Below are positions 14,401 through 27,100 of a stretch of 64,000 nt of DNA, in pieces. The notes below the pieces were generated by a model, which saw nothing but the letters and a program-made list of their open reading frames with translations, ran no database searches and had not been told where the DNA came from. This DNA is from Monocercomonoides exilis PA203 (Eukaryota > Protista > Preaxostyla). The position numbers and the translations under genes are program-made. Every line of letters starts with the position of its first letter. Within the stretch, counting starts at the first letter, position 1. The stretch spans positions 1,031,895-1,095,894 of the forward strand of contig LSRY02000034.1 of the NCBI GenBank assembly GCA_001643675.2, in the 5' to 3' direction.

Positions 14401-17240
14401 AAGAGAAAGAAGCAAAAGAAGCAGACAAAGAAGGAATCTTGCCAGACGCGTCAGCAAAGCCGCTTGCCAAGCCGTTATCGTTCTATGAAAGACAGCAGCT
14501 GAGGAAGAAAGAGCAGGAAGAGAAGAAGAAGAAGATGCAGCAAGAAAAACAGACATCCAATGAAAGCAATGAAACACCGGTTTTGTCACCTCCTCTGTCA
14601 CCACCTGTGCTTTCAAAGGAGCCAGCTGCATTGTCACTTTCCTCTTCTTCTTCCTCTTCTTCCTCTTCTTCTTCCTCTCAAACCGAAGTTCCAATTCTTC
14701 CAAAGCCGAAAGTGAGAAAGCCAACGTTTGCGTCGCAGTTGCTGGCGAAGCAGATGCGGCCGAAGAAAGAGGCGTTGATGAACCAGTCGTATCTGCTGCC
14801 GATTCCGCTGACACACACGACGCCGCTACAGAGCGAGGTGGATGAGTGGAACAGGAAGGAAGCAGAGAAGCGGGTGAAGATGTTGGAGGAGGTGAAGAAG
14901 AAGATGCTGAGCGGGGAGCTGGAGGCTGGGTTTGTGCTGGATGACGAAGATGACGAAGAAGATTACGATAATGAAGGCAATGATGCTATTGCTATCAATG
15001 GGATTGGTTTGAAGGAGAAAGATCGGATGGATTCAGAAGCAGGGAAGTTTTCGTATCAGCCGAATGTGTTTGGAGGAAAAAGCAAAACACTCAGCTTATC
15101 GAATGGAGCAGGCAAAGTAGTGGAAGACGGCAGAAGAGGAGGCAAGCAGAACAGAGGGATCACGCTGAGCATTGAGGAGGAAGAAGGGTTTGGTGGGGCA
15201 GAAGACGAAGAGATGGCAGCGCTGCTGTCAGACACGCTGGGTCTGTCCTCGTCCAGCCAAGTTATGCCCCATCTGGTGGCCAACACTGAACTCCGCGACC
15301 GCTCATTCGCTGCGCCGCACCTGACAGCGAGCGGACCGTCAGCCACAAAGCGATCGAAGAGGCAGAGAGAAGCAGAGCGGCAACTGAAGCAGGTGGATCG
15401 GGAGAGGATGAGCATGACAGCACAGTCTATGGTAGCAGTAGATGCGGATGCGGGAGAAGAGGAAAAGAAGAAGGAGAAGGAGAAGGCACAGCGGATGATT
15501 GAAGAGCTGTTTGCGAGTGCTGGTCTGAAGGCTGGGCTGAATCGAGAGGAGAAGCGCGTGAAGCAGCAGAAGATGGCAGAGCTGTCGAAGAAAGCATCAG
15601 AAATGGAAGCATCTGCCACAACTTCCTCAACAGCGCAGGTGATGTCGCTGATGATGGGCTCTCTTCCTCCACCACCTGCCGTTGATGCAAAGGGAAGTCA
15701 GCAAAAGAACAAGAAGAGAAACAGGGATGTGAATAATAAAGCGTCTGTAGCTGCGACTATTCCAACTCCTACTGCAAGAGTTTCTGCTCCATTGCTGCCT
15801 CCTCCATCATTAACATCATCAACTTCATCATCTTCTTCTTATTCAACAAATGTGGATTCTTCAAACAGATTCTCTTATAATCCGATGCCTCGTTTGCCTG
15901 ACAGCACCAAAAAATCGATTGATAAAACAGAAACAGAGCAAAAAGAGAGGGAGAAAGTATTGAAATTATTGCTTTCAGCACCTCTTCCTCCGCCTCCCGT
16001 TGCAGTTCCCCTTCTGAAAACGCCACCACCTCCTCCATTGCTGACTGCTCGCTCATCATCATCATCTTCTTCTTCTGATCCTTCTTCCTCTTCCTCCACC
16101 TCACCTCAATCTCCTCCATCGAAGCTAAAGATTGACTCGCCTGTGTTTGTGCCTCGCGCCCTCCCATCAGCCGCAATGCCTCCATTGTTTGGCAGCACAG
16201 AAGCAGCAATGGCACAACCGAAGAAGGCAAAGACAAAGGCGAAGAAGACGGCAGAAGAGCTGCAGATGGAGAAAGCAGATAGAGTGATCAAAGCATCGCT
16301 TTCGAATGATTTTGATATTCTCCGCTACACAACAGCATCTTCTGTGAAGCCGAATCTTCCTTCTTCTTCATCTTCAGGTGCAATGCCATCCAACCCAATT
16401 GGGCTGGGATATGAGCAAGACGAGCTCGACATACACGACATAGGCGAGCGGAACAAGCTGTTCTATCCACACATCGATCCCACGGTGCTGGCTGAGCAGA
16501 GGTTGAAGCAGGAAAGGAAGGAAAAGAAGGAAGAGAGAACTGGGGCAAGAATGGAAGTACAGCAAGGGATGGAAGAAGCACAGCTTTTTGTGCACATTCC
16601 AGTTGGTGACAGAGATGTGGAGATGGAAAAGGAAAAACAAGAGGAAAAGAGGAAGATGAGAGAGAAGCAGTATTTGCAGCAGCAGCAGCAACAACAACAG
16701 CAGCAGCAGCAGAGAGCGAATGATATTGGAGCGAAGCAAGGAGCATTCAGAAGCGAAGGACAAGCCCAAAACGATATGAGACGACCGACTTTGTTGCAGA
16801 AAGCTTCGATGCCTCAGCCTTTACTTTCTCTGAACCACACAAGCACAGCCAATTCAGCTGCAAAAGACAGCTTAGCTCAACCATCGCAAAGGAAAGCAGC
16901 CAGCACGCTGCCTTCTGCCCCACAAAATGCATCTGTGTCGTCTGTGCCATCGCAGGCACGCTCTCCTTTCTCCTTCGAAATGGACGATGAATTGGATGAT
17001 CCGTTTCTGTCGATGCTTCACTCGTCTTCTTCAGCTGGCACAGCTGGCTCATCTGTCTCGCAGCTGCATCATGCGTCGCTGTATAACACGCGCATTCCGC
17101 TACCTTCCTCATTTATTCAGGATCCGCACAAAAGGTGGCAGGCAGAACAGGCCAGAACAACCCAGCCTGGCGGCACTCACAGCTTGGCAAATCAGAAGTT
17201 CGCATACAATCCATTTTTCAATACAGAGGGGAAGAAATAA
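2433..17240 (+). CDS. XRN1: 5'-3' exoribonuclease 1, ~4879 aa; exons 2433-2455, 2510-2574, 2689-17240
   Basis: Removing two GT-AG introns (2456-2509, 2575-2688) gives MGIPKLFRWISERYP...DNLYLDSNGIIH in frame with the 4821-aa ORF. Catalytic motifs AVDGVAPRAKLNQQRSRRF, FDSNCITPGTEFM, PGEGEHKIM, YGQDADLIMLSL and GNDFIP are present. XRN1-type C-terminal domains are visible (FNYPHLRPGRV, RRGMEIGDVNVLCYVQPL, SH3-like LRVGDRVVNV..GAVPFGLTGTVV..DVVWDAPFMNG). Confidence 0.95.
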
Positions 17241-17875
17241 TTATTGAAAAGGAACTTTTTTTTGACATTCATTTCAATTTTTATCGTTTTATTTTCCATG
17301 AAAAAGTGGATGGAAATGAGTAAATGAGAAGGACAAATTATTTTCATCTGAATGAATTTTGAGTTTGTTTTTTTTTTTATTAGAAAAATGAACAGACTGA
17401 TGAAAAGTGTCAGATGCCATGGAATTCTGTCTGTGGAAAAGCTTGTTTAAAAAGAAATTATTTTATTAAAAAAAAAAATGCAAACACCACTTTCACAGAT
17501 TATTTGAGAAATAGAAATGAAAACGAAAAAAACTCAACAAAAAGAGAATGCTTGCTTTTGAATAATTCTTGCATCACAATTCATTGAAACAATAAAAAAA
17601 ACCGAAAACAACAAATGAAATGTTGATTTATATTTCAAAAAGCTTTCAAAATCAAAATGAAGTAAATAAATCTCCAATAAATAACAGAATTGTTAGAGAT
17701 GATCGCAAAACATCTGCCAAAGAATAAAATAATAAGCTTTATAGAGGAATGACAAAAGAAGTCTTTGAAACTTTCACAATTTACGATCAAAAGTCTGAAT
17801 AAAAAAAAAGAGAGAGAAATAAAATAAAATAAAATAAATAAAAAAATGAAGAAAATGATATAAACACATGATTCA

Positions 17876-19291
17876 TCACCAAAGATAATAATCTTCAATG
17901 TTTTGAATCAATAAATGGTCACCAAATATCCCAACAGTTTTGAAACAGCGCATCTTGACAATGCAATCTTCATAGCCTTCCTCTTCCATCTTTTCAAACA
18001 CTTTTTTTTCCGTCTCTTTTCGTTTTGCCTTTTCATTTTCTCTTTCACTTTCTCCTCCTTCACTCTCCATCTTCTCATTCAATCTTTCACAAAGATGCTT
18101 GAAAAAGAACACACAACTTTCAATTGCATAAGTTTTTTCATTTGAACTGTTCATTTTAGACAAAACAATTTCAGCAACTTCCTTTTTCAGCAAATCACAA
18201 ATATTCACAGCTCTGTTAAATGTAGTATATTTCAAGGAATAAACGCACAAATCACCAATTTCTCTGTCATTATCATTTCCTGCTCGAAATATCTGAACAA
18301 CGCTCCCGGCAAGCTCAACATGTTCTTCACTCCTCAATTTACATGAGTAAAAATATTGGTTCAATACAATCATCCATCTTTTTATTATCATCGTTTCTTC
18401 CTTTTCTTTTCCTCTTTTGTCTTCTTCTGTTTTCTTCCAATCCACATTTCTTACCAGCTCTTCCAGTTCTCTTCTTGCTTCTCCCACAAAATACAGTTCA
18501 TTTGTTATCACTTCTTCCAAACTTTTGTTGTTGGAAAGTCTTTTTATCAAAAACTGCCAAGCCGATTGATATGCAAGTCGCGTCAGATTGTGATGTTCCA
18601 GATGATATTTCATAACCTCTTTGATCTCATTTAAATATTGTTCTTGATTTATATCCTTGTTTTAAAAAATTAGAAAAAAAATCAATTGTTAAAAAAAAGG
18701 TAAAAGATATGAATAAACTTGAATGTCATCGATGCAACTTAAAGCCAGCAAGGCCAATTCAGTTTCTTTTTTCTTTTCTTCACTTTCCTCTTTGTTCATT
18801 GCAGCTATTAAAAAGCAATGCATACAGATCACCATCAGATTATTGCTGATTAAATCATATCCTGCCCCCCAAAATAAAAAGCATTCGCAAAGATTGATCA
18901 ACAGTTTCTCATCCTTTCCCTCTTTTTTCTTTTCCTCTTCCAGAATTACTCTTCCAAATCTTTTCTTCAAAAAAGGGTTTGTAAAAAATTGGCGCTTTGT
19001 TGGTTTTTTCGCATTCTCATGTCCAACATGCTTCAGCAACATGAGGGATTTTTCAAAAGGATAATTGTTCAATTCAATCAATTTATAATTTTCATCAAAT
19101 TCTTCTTTCGAGAAAAAATGCTTCAATTCTTCTTTATCCATATTCTTCAGCATTCCGTTCATCTCTTCCTTCATCAGACTTTTCTCTTCTTCTGCAAAAT
19201 CTATTCCAGGAAACATTTCTTTTGCAAATAAATCAGAAATCAATTGCAATTTCCCCTCCTTTGATGGAATCAAATGAACACACCAAAACAT
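17876..19291 (-). CDS. Member of a lineage-expanded alpha-helical hypothetical family ('LAYQSAWQFL...EKMEEEGYED'), copy 1, intron near 18660-18720
   Basis: ORFs 18689-19291 and 17876-18613 are colinear with the paralogues at 21183-22660 and 42258-43669; exact start uncertain. Confidence 0.7.
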
Positions 19292-21182
19292 TCCTCTGTG
19301 TCTTCCATCTCCGGTATCTTTTCACAAAGACAGTGCAACCATCAGGAATCAATATTTTGCCATTTTCATTAAAGCAAAGGAATAAAAAACAGAGAAAATG
19401 GATGAAACATAAAAATTGATAACGGAAGTGAAAAAATCATAGCTCATACCACTCTTTCCTGTATTGGAATTAAGACAAGAAAATATGGAGAAAAGAAAAG
19501 ATTAATCTAATAAGAAGAATACTTATGGTTGTCAAGTTCAAAAAAACATTTTTGAAAATTGAAATTATTCATCAATAAAATGTGCAATTAACAGACGTTG
19601 CCTATCGTCGAGTTTCAGAAATTGTATTCATCCCGAGTCGTATTGAACCGATAGACAAGAAATATTTTTTGCATTTGAAAGGGAAATCAAAAGTTATTGC
19701 AGAGTCTATGACCATGCAAGAAAAAAAGTTGAAAGACCATTAAAGGAGGCTCAAAGATTCGTTGTTTTTCTTTATAATGAAGGTGTTTCTGTCAACCACT
19801 TCCTTTTGCCATTATAACCTTTCAAATAACTGAAATGATCAATTCTTGCTTCACAGAGTCCAATTTTGTGGACTGGAGTTGAATATTGAAGAGAAACAAG
19901 TTAATATGAGAATATGAACAAGCTTTATCCACTTCTCATAACTTATGTTTGAATGGAAGATGGAAGAATGGAAAATGAAGTATTTGTTGATGAAGTCCAG
20001 AGTTATAGATTCCCATGAAAAAAGATAGATGCCTAATATTGAAGAGTATGTCATATTTTCATGAACTCAAAAACGATGGAAATTTTCTTCTTTTGTTCTT
20101 TCTTCCTGAAAATAGAGAATTCGAGAAAACATGCAAACTCAATTCCAAAGCTGCGGATGAAGTTCATCATTTTCTTCAAAACAATTAATGCTCCTTTTCA
20201 ATATCATTTGCATCTTTTCAATCTTCCTATTTTTTCATTTCTTTTTGTCCATATTCATCATGTTTTTACTTATTTCTTCCTCTTTTCTGTTTGTCAACTG
20301 TGTTTCAAACACTCTTTGTTTTCCTTCTCATATCTATTATCATCGCACACATTGAATGCTTTTGTGAAACTCACAGGTTGAATGTTCTGCGTTATTATCG
20401 TTTCCCTGGCAATTTCGATGGGCCACTGTGATCTATTCAGTGAAACAACAATAACCTGAGGAGGACTGGATAAAATCAGTGAATACTTTGAGAAATGAAT
20501 TTTTGAAGGTGTCAGCAGAGCATCAAAAATAATCGAATGAAGAATGATAACAAATGGTTTGGTCAGCACTTGAAGGCTTAATGGCCTAAGCCTGTGCATC
20601 CAGGGGGAAAAAATTAAAAACATTCAGTCCTTTCTTCTTGTGAATATGATGTATCTTTGATTTTTTGTTTGTGGTTTATTTTTCATCATTTCTCAACTTC
20701 TAATAAAAAAAAACAATCTATTTATCATATGTCTATCGAAGGCATATCTCTTGTCTGTAATTGAGATTTTCTTCGCCGACTTTAACACGCACATATCTTC
20801 AATCCAAACCTCATTCTTATTTAATTATCAACATTAAGCTCATTGAAGTTGATGTTTGATGGAAATAAAGAAAGAATCTGAATGGATATATGTCATCTTG
20901 CAAGAATGGGGAAGAGGATGATGAAAAATAATGCCAGAATACCAAATATTCTCAAATCCATAAGTCAGCTGTGAGAAAGAGGCGAAATAGTCAATTCATT
21001 TGGAGACGGCTTTTGATGAAGAAAAGGAAACAACACAAATTCTGAATATTTCTTTTTTCATTGCCATGTTGCGTTTCAAAGAAATAAAAAGAAGTGCTGC
21101 TTTTATCCAAAACCATAAAAGATTACAAAATTACAATAAAAGAATCAATTTTTGAAATTCAAAACTCGTGGTTTTTTTTCCC

Positions 21183-22660
21183 TTAAACATTGACATAATA
21201 ATCAGAAACATACAATGATAACATATTATAAGAATATTTTCCATTCAGTAGATTAAACGTTACACGAAGACTTATTACACAATCTTCATATCCCTCTTCT
21301 TCCATTTTTTCGAGCATCTCAATTTTCGTTGTCTTTCGTTTTGCTTCCTCAATATCTCTATCCATCTTTTCTTTCAATCTTTTCGAAATATCTGAAAAGA
21401 ACATTAGACTTTTCCACAATTTTTCATCCTCCAATGTTGGTTGCTGAAGATTCTCCAAAAAGAAATCGAAAACACCTCCTTTCAGCAAATAACCAACGCA
21501 TTCAGTTGCACAAAGCGCCATTCCATAAAAAAAGGAAAAGCATCTTTCATATAATTTTTGCTCATTCTCTCTTGCAACTCTGAACAACGTGACAAGATAA
21601 CGAATCAGCCCAATTTGTTCTTCATTCCACAAACCGTACATAAAAAAGATATCTGAAAACACATTGAACCACCGTTTAATTATACGGTCATCTTTCATTT
21701 CTGTTCTTCTCTTTTGAGTCTTTTCTTCTTTCCCAATCCATTCAACACATCCCGTCAGCCCATCCAATTCTCTTTTAACCTCTCTTGCAAAATACAATTC
21801 GTTCACAATAACTTTTTCCAAAGATCGATTGTTGTGCAATCTTGCAACCAAAAATTGCCAAGCGGACTGATATGCAAGGGGAGAAAGATTTCGATTTTCC
21901 TGGTGAAATATGATTATTACTTTGATCTCATTCAAATACAATTTTTCTGGCATTCTTTTTGTTTGAAAAAATGAGAAGGAAATAATTTACGTTCAAAATG
22001 AAATTGAAATCCTCAAACTTCACTTCCCCCAATTTGACTCAATGCGAGCAAAGCCATTTCCACTTCATTTTGTGTTTCCTTGCTTTCTTCTTTGTTTAAT
22101 GCAACTTTCAGAAGACAGGACACGCATATTGAAAGCAGTACCGATGAGACCCGGTTGCTAAGCAAAATATAGCATTCGCAGAGATCAACAAGAAGTATTT
22201 CATTTTTTTCATCTTTCTTCTCATTTTTTTCTATTATCAATTCTTCAAATTTTTTGTTCAATTTAGAGAGACAAAATCCAGTACCACATGTTTCTTTCAA
22301 CACTTCCAATATCCGACTTGCTTCAACAGCACGAGTGCGTCATTCATCAAAAGTTTCTTTTTTTCAATCATTTCAAAGATTTCATTGAACAGCTCAAACT
22401 TGAAAATCGAAAAGAATTCTTTTTCTTTCATCTCTTCCATCACTCCATTCATTTCAATGATTTTCTGTTTTTGCTCATCTTCATTGCAATCTTTCAGTTC
22501 ACAAAATAATTCTTAAAGACTTTTTTTAAAAAAATCATAAAAATACACAAACTATCACAACAGTAAATTCAAAAGGGAAGGTGAGCAAACTCGAAAACTT
22601 GTGCGCAATAGACTGTTTTTGTATTCCATCTTCGATCTTATTATCAGAGCCTGCTTTCAT
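21183..22660 (-). pseudogene. Same family, copy 2, with a 1-nt frameshift near 22303
   Basis: Reads KLFCELKDCNEDEQKQKIIEMN...LLKQVGYWK and then shifts frame into VLKETCG...EVEMALLALS; after an intron it continues LYLNEIK...EKMEEEGYED. The frameshift could be an assembly error. Confidence 0.6.
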
Positions 22661-23070
22661 TCCAATTGTAAAAATAGAATGTTCAGTTTGCAATGAAAAG
22701 TGCTTCAAAAAAAAAAATGAAAACAAAATATAATCAAACGATGTGACTGCACTGGAAAGCAAAGAGTTATCAGCGCTAACCTCATTTGCTTTTTGGGATG
22801 AACTGGAAAAAAATTGGCCCATCGATCAATTTGCCTTTATTTTTGTTATGTTTAACTTTTTTTTTTTTAAAAAATCTTGATTCCAGAACATCGCAAAGTT
22901 TTGAAGAATAAAATTGCTGTTAATCAAATCAAATGACAGAAATAAATTTGGGCGATGAAAATGAGTGAGTAGTGTTTTTATTTTGACGAAGTTGAAAAAT
23001 GAATTTTGAGACAGATTGACATGTCAGAAAAATATAATATTCTAATAAATGCTCAAAAGTTTATTTCTTG

Positions 23071-23120
23071 CACCACCACCACCACCACCACCGCCTCCGC
23101 CGCAACCACCACCACAACCA

Positions 23121-23177
<57 letters not shown>
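23071..23177. repeat. (CAC)n-like tract followed by an A-run of ~56 nt
   Basis: Read directly from the sequence. Confidence 0.9.
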
Positions 23178-23179
<2 letters not shown>

Positions 23180-24127
23180 GAAAAGACAAAAAATAAATAA
23201 ATAACAAAAAATAAAATGAATATCGAAATTTATAACTCTGAAAACCTTTGGTGGAAAATCCGGAATGTGGTGAATAACCCGGATATCAGAAAGAAGCAAT
23301 TGTCAGATTTTTTCAACATAAAAGTCCACTGAATTCACAATTAATATGTCTAAATTTTTTTGAAAAGTTCCTTTTGTTTAATTTTCAAATAAAAAATACT
23401 CTCGAAATAAGACTTTTCTGAATGAAAAAAGAGCATTTTTGTAAAGACATCTTACGTATGCATGCACGTATTTCGAAATAGAGAAAAAAAATGAGTTTAA
23501 AAAATTGAGTGTGTTTTGAACTCTCAAAGTTTTGGTTATTTTTTTCTCTTTGAAAAAACTTCATTGTCAATTTATCCATTTATTTCACACATATAAACTA
23601 TCCTTATTTAAAAAATCACTTAGAGAACAGAATAATAATAATAATAAATGAATATTATTTGGTTTCATCGATGTCCTTCAAGTTTCATAATGCACTTAAC
23701 ATACAGTGTAGCTTATTAACTTGTTAATCTTTACAAACAAATTTATTAAAATAAAAATTTTAACTGAAAAGAAGAAATGCTAAATTATGAAATGGAAGCT
23801 TACAACTTCCGACTCAAAATATTTGCTTTAAAACAAGCAATATGATAATCACAAATAATAACAATCAAACTTGAGCTTACTGATAAATTGAAAACGTTGG
23901 AGGAAAAAAAATAGAAAAAGAAAAAAGAAAATAATTCTCAAAAACTAATATTTCCTGCAACGTTTCACAGGCCACAAGCTCGGAGAAAGCTGCAGCCAGT
24001 GTTGAAATTAAGGTGAAGATAAAAAAATACTTGGAATAAAATTAAAGTCAAACAAACAAAAAAAGAAAAAATATATCTCAAAAAAGTTCTTGAAAATACA
24101 ATACACTTTAAAAAATACATCACAAAT

Positions 24128-27100
24128 TTATCCTTTCTTTTCTATATTTGGCAGAATTGATTGTTCCATCAATCCTTCTTTTGTTGCGGTTATTTGAACG
24201 TTTTGCTCGCGATCTTGAATGCCATCAAGACGCTGTTTAAGTTCTGAGAAAGACATATTTGGCTCTTTCTGCAGAATTTCAATCATATGCTTTGAAAGCC
24301 ATCCTGTTTTTGTTCCATCACCAAACGAAAGTTGTTTAGCTGATTGATCAGCAGCAGAAGCGCCAATGTGAATGGCATTGGGTAGCTGCTTGTCTCTCCG
24401 CACATTTCTAAACTTTACCATTTTATCAAGATTGAACAACGAGCCTGCATGGCAGCACTCAGAGATTAGTACGATTCGGGTGTTTATTGAAGCTTTGTTG
24501 AGAATGAGATCGAACAAACACCAATCAATCACCATTCCTGAAAACACACCTCGTGCTGTTGATTGAAAAGGAAAATAATCGGAGAAGAGAGACGAGGGCA
24601 AAAAAATATCTGCTTGTGAAGATGAAGCACTCAATGCAGTCTTGTTTGCATCAGTCATTTCAGTTGTGTTCAATTGAGCTTGCTCTTCTTTTTTTGGAAA
24701 TGAATAAAATGAACTCTTTCCGCTTTCACTTAAGCCTGTTGGATCGGAAATTTCCCCTCCATGTCCAGAAAAGTATTGAACAAATTCACTTCCAGAATGA
24801 TCAATAAGATATTCCATCCACCGATAATACTCAGCTGCCGAACAGTCACATGTATAAAAGATTACAAATTCCCTCTTTTTTAACAATTCGGCAATTAATA
24901 TTCCATTAGTTAGGGGACCAATTCCCAAACTATTCGATTGTCCTTCGTCAGGGTTGAGAAACAAAACAGCTAAACGATTAAAACGAAAATTTTTTGGAAG
25001 TTGTGCTTCGCAAATGCGCATCAGATTGATACATCCCAAAGAATCCAAACGCTCGAGGTATTTTGAATGCTCAGTGAAAGAATAATCAAAAGGACTTTTT
25101 TGTAATTCGAGTAAATTTGCCCATTGATTTTGTTGTTGTTCTCTTTCAATTTGTGGAAATGATGCAATCATTGTCTGAGAGTTGCTTTGGGAAAAACATT
25201 GTGTGGAAATGAGAGGCTTTGCAGATGGTGAGGAGTTTTGAGAGAAATTACTGCTATGCATTTTCATTGATGTTGCACTTGCATCTGAAGCAGCAGAACC
25301 TAAAACTATTTTGCAAAGTTGACTGGTTAAATCACTGAGCTGAATTTCTCTCTCTTCTTCTCCAAGACATCTAATGACTGGGGCCTTTAGTAATGCTGAG
25401 TTTGTTGTGGTTATTTGCGGATGCACCGAATCTTTCAAAGGCCGATTCAATAATTGCAAGATATCTTTCCATTGAATATCAACGCATTTATCAAGAATTG
25501 ACACAAAACTGAAAAAAAATGAATCAAAATATTCTTCATTCGAAAAACTCTTCATGGACAATCCTTCTTCAGATGAACAAGCACTGATATGGATGGCATT
25601 CCAATTCGTTGCTCTTTCAATCATCAGCATCTCATCATTTTCATATTCCCTGCTCAATCCATCCTTTGAAAACTTTTCTCCTTCTTCAAGAAGAAATACA
25701 TCGCCAGCATAAGAAGCTAGAGTTACAAGAACAATTCGTACACCAGCGCAATGTGGGTTCTTTTTAAACAGCTTGTGCAGAACATCCTCGGGGAGATAAT
25801 CTTCTCTATTTCCAAGAAGAGGCTTTCTCATCCCTTTCCCAAAGAAAGTTGTTGTTGTTGTAGTATCAAGCCCAGCTTGAATAGCTTCCTTTTTCCATTT
25901 ATCTTTTTCTTCTTCAGGCATGAAGCAAAGGGCTTTCTTTTTCTTTTTTTCTTTATTGTTCGTAGTTATTGCAACAACTTCTCCAATAAAAATTGATGCC
26001 AATTCTTTTTTAACAGTTCGTAGAAGCCATTCCATCCAGTGATAATACTCTGTTGCAGTTGGATTCACAAAATAAAGCACTCGATATCCCCGCTTTTGAT
26101 AAAGCCGTGCAGTTTGAAGCGCTTGATTCATTCTCTCTTTAAACCATGTTTCCGGAGAAACCACACGTTTTTCAGATTCCTGTGGTGCTGCTTGTGGAGA
26201 TGAGTTCGAAGCAGTAGTTGATGCTGAAGAAGAATTCGATGCGGAAGAAGACTTGTTGAAAAAATCACGAAATTTAGACATATCATTCGTGGCAGCTGCT
26301 GGCACAACAAGGAAAATTGCACAAACATATCTGAGTGAAATTGATGGGAATGTTTTTGGAGTTATACGATCGAGATTGAAGAAGCCTTCTGAATCAAGTC
26401 GCTGCAAAAACGGATTCAACACAGTAAAATATTTCACAGGCTTCTTCATTTCGAATGAAAACTTTATTAAGCGAGAAAATTGTTCGTTGGAAGTGTCAGG
26501 AGAAGAGAATGAAGCATGACGAATGTGAAGTTGTTCTATATCGTTAAAGTCGTCATACACGTCGTTTTCTTCTTCTTCAGGAGAAGTTTGTTTCGGAGAA
26601 CCCATCAAATTCAAATAAAACTTGTTTGTGATATCGCTAAGTTGAAGCTCCCTTTGAGATTTTGAGAGTTGGCAAACGACCCTTCCCTCAAGCAATCCAT
26701 CAGCGGTTGCTGACAATTGCGGGTGCTGATCGGGTGGAATTAGTGGCTGCAGCGAACATAACAGCTGTTTATAATTGAGTTCCATATTTGCATCAAGCAG
26801 TTCAACAAATTTCAAAGAAAATGAATCAATAGAAGAATCTTTGGTTATCATCAAGTTGATTTTTTCTCCAACATTGCAAGAGCCAATGTGAATAATTTTT
26901 GGAATTTGTTTGAGAGATTTATTCGAAAGTACTTCACAGTTATGTTGATCGACTATTGCTGGTTTTGTTGAAATTTGTCTAAGATTATAAATATCACCAC
27001 TAGATGGTGCAGAAGTAATAAAAGTCAGCTTAGCAACTGAGTTTCTTGAATTTTTCGTAACAAGATGATGCAAAAATCCTTCTGTAATATTATTATTAAT

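Noticed and set aside
3200-17323. Many antisense and alternate-frame ORFs overlapping XRN1
   Set aside because: Shadows of trinucleotide low-complexity coding sequence
19450-21150. Coding-like fragments between family copies 1 and 2
   Set aside because: Short, stop-ridden and without a recognisable motif
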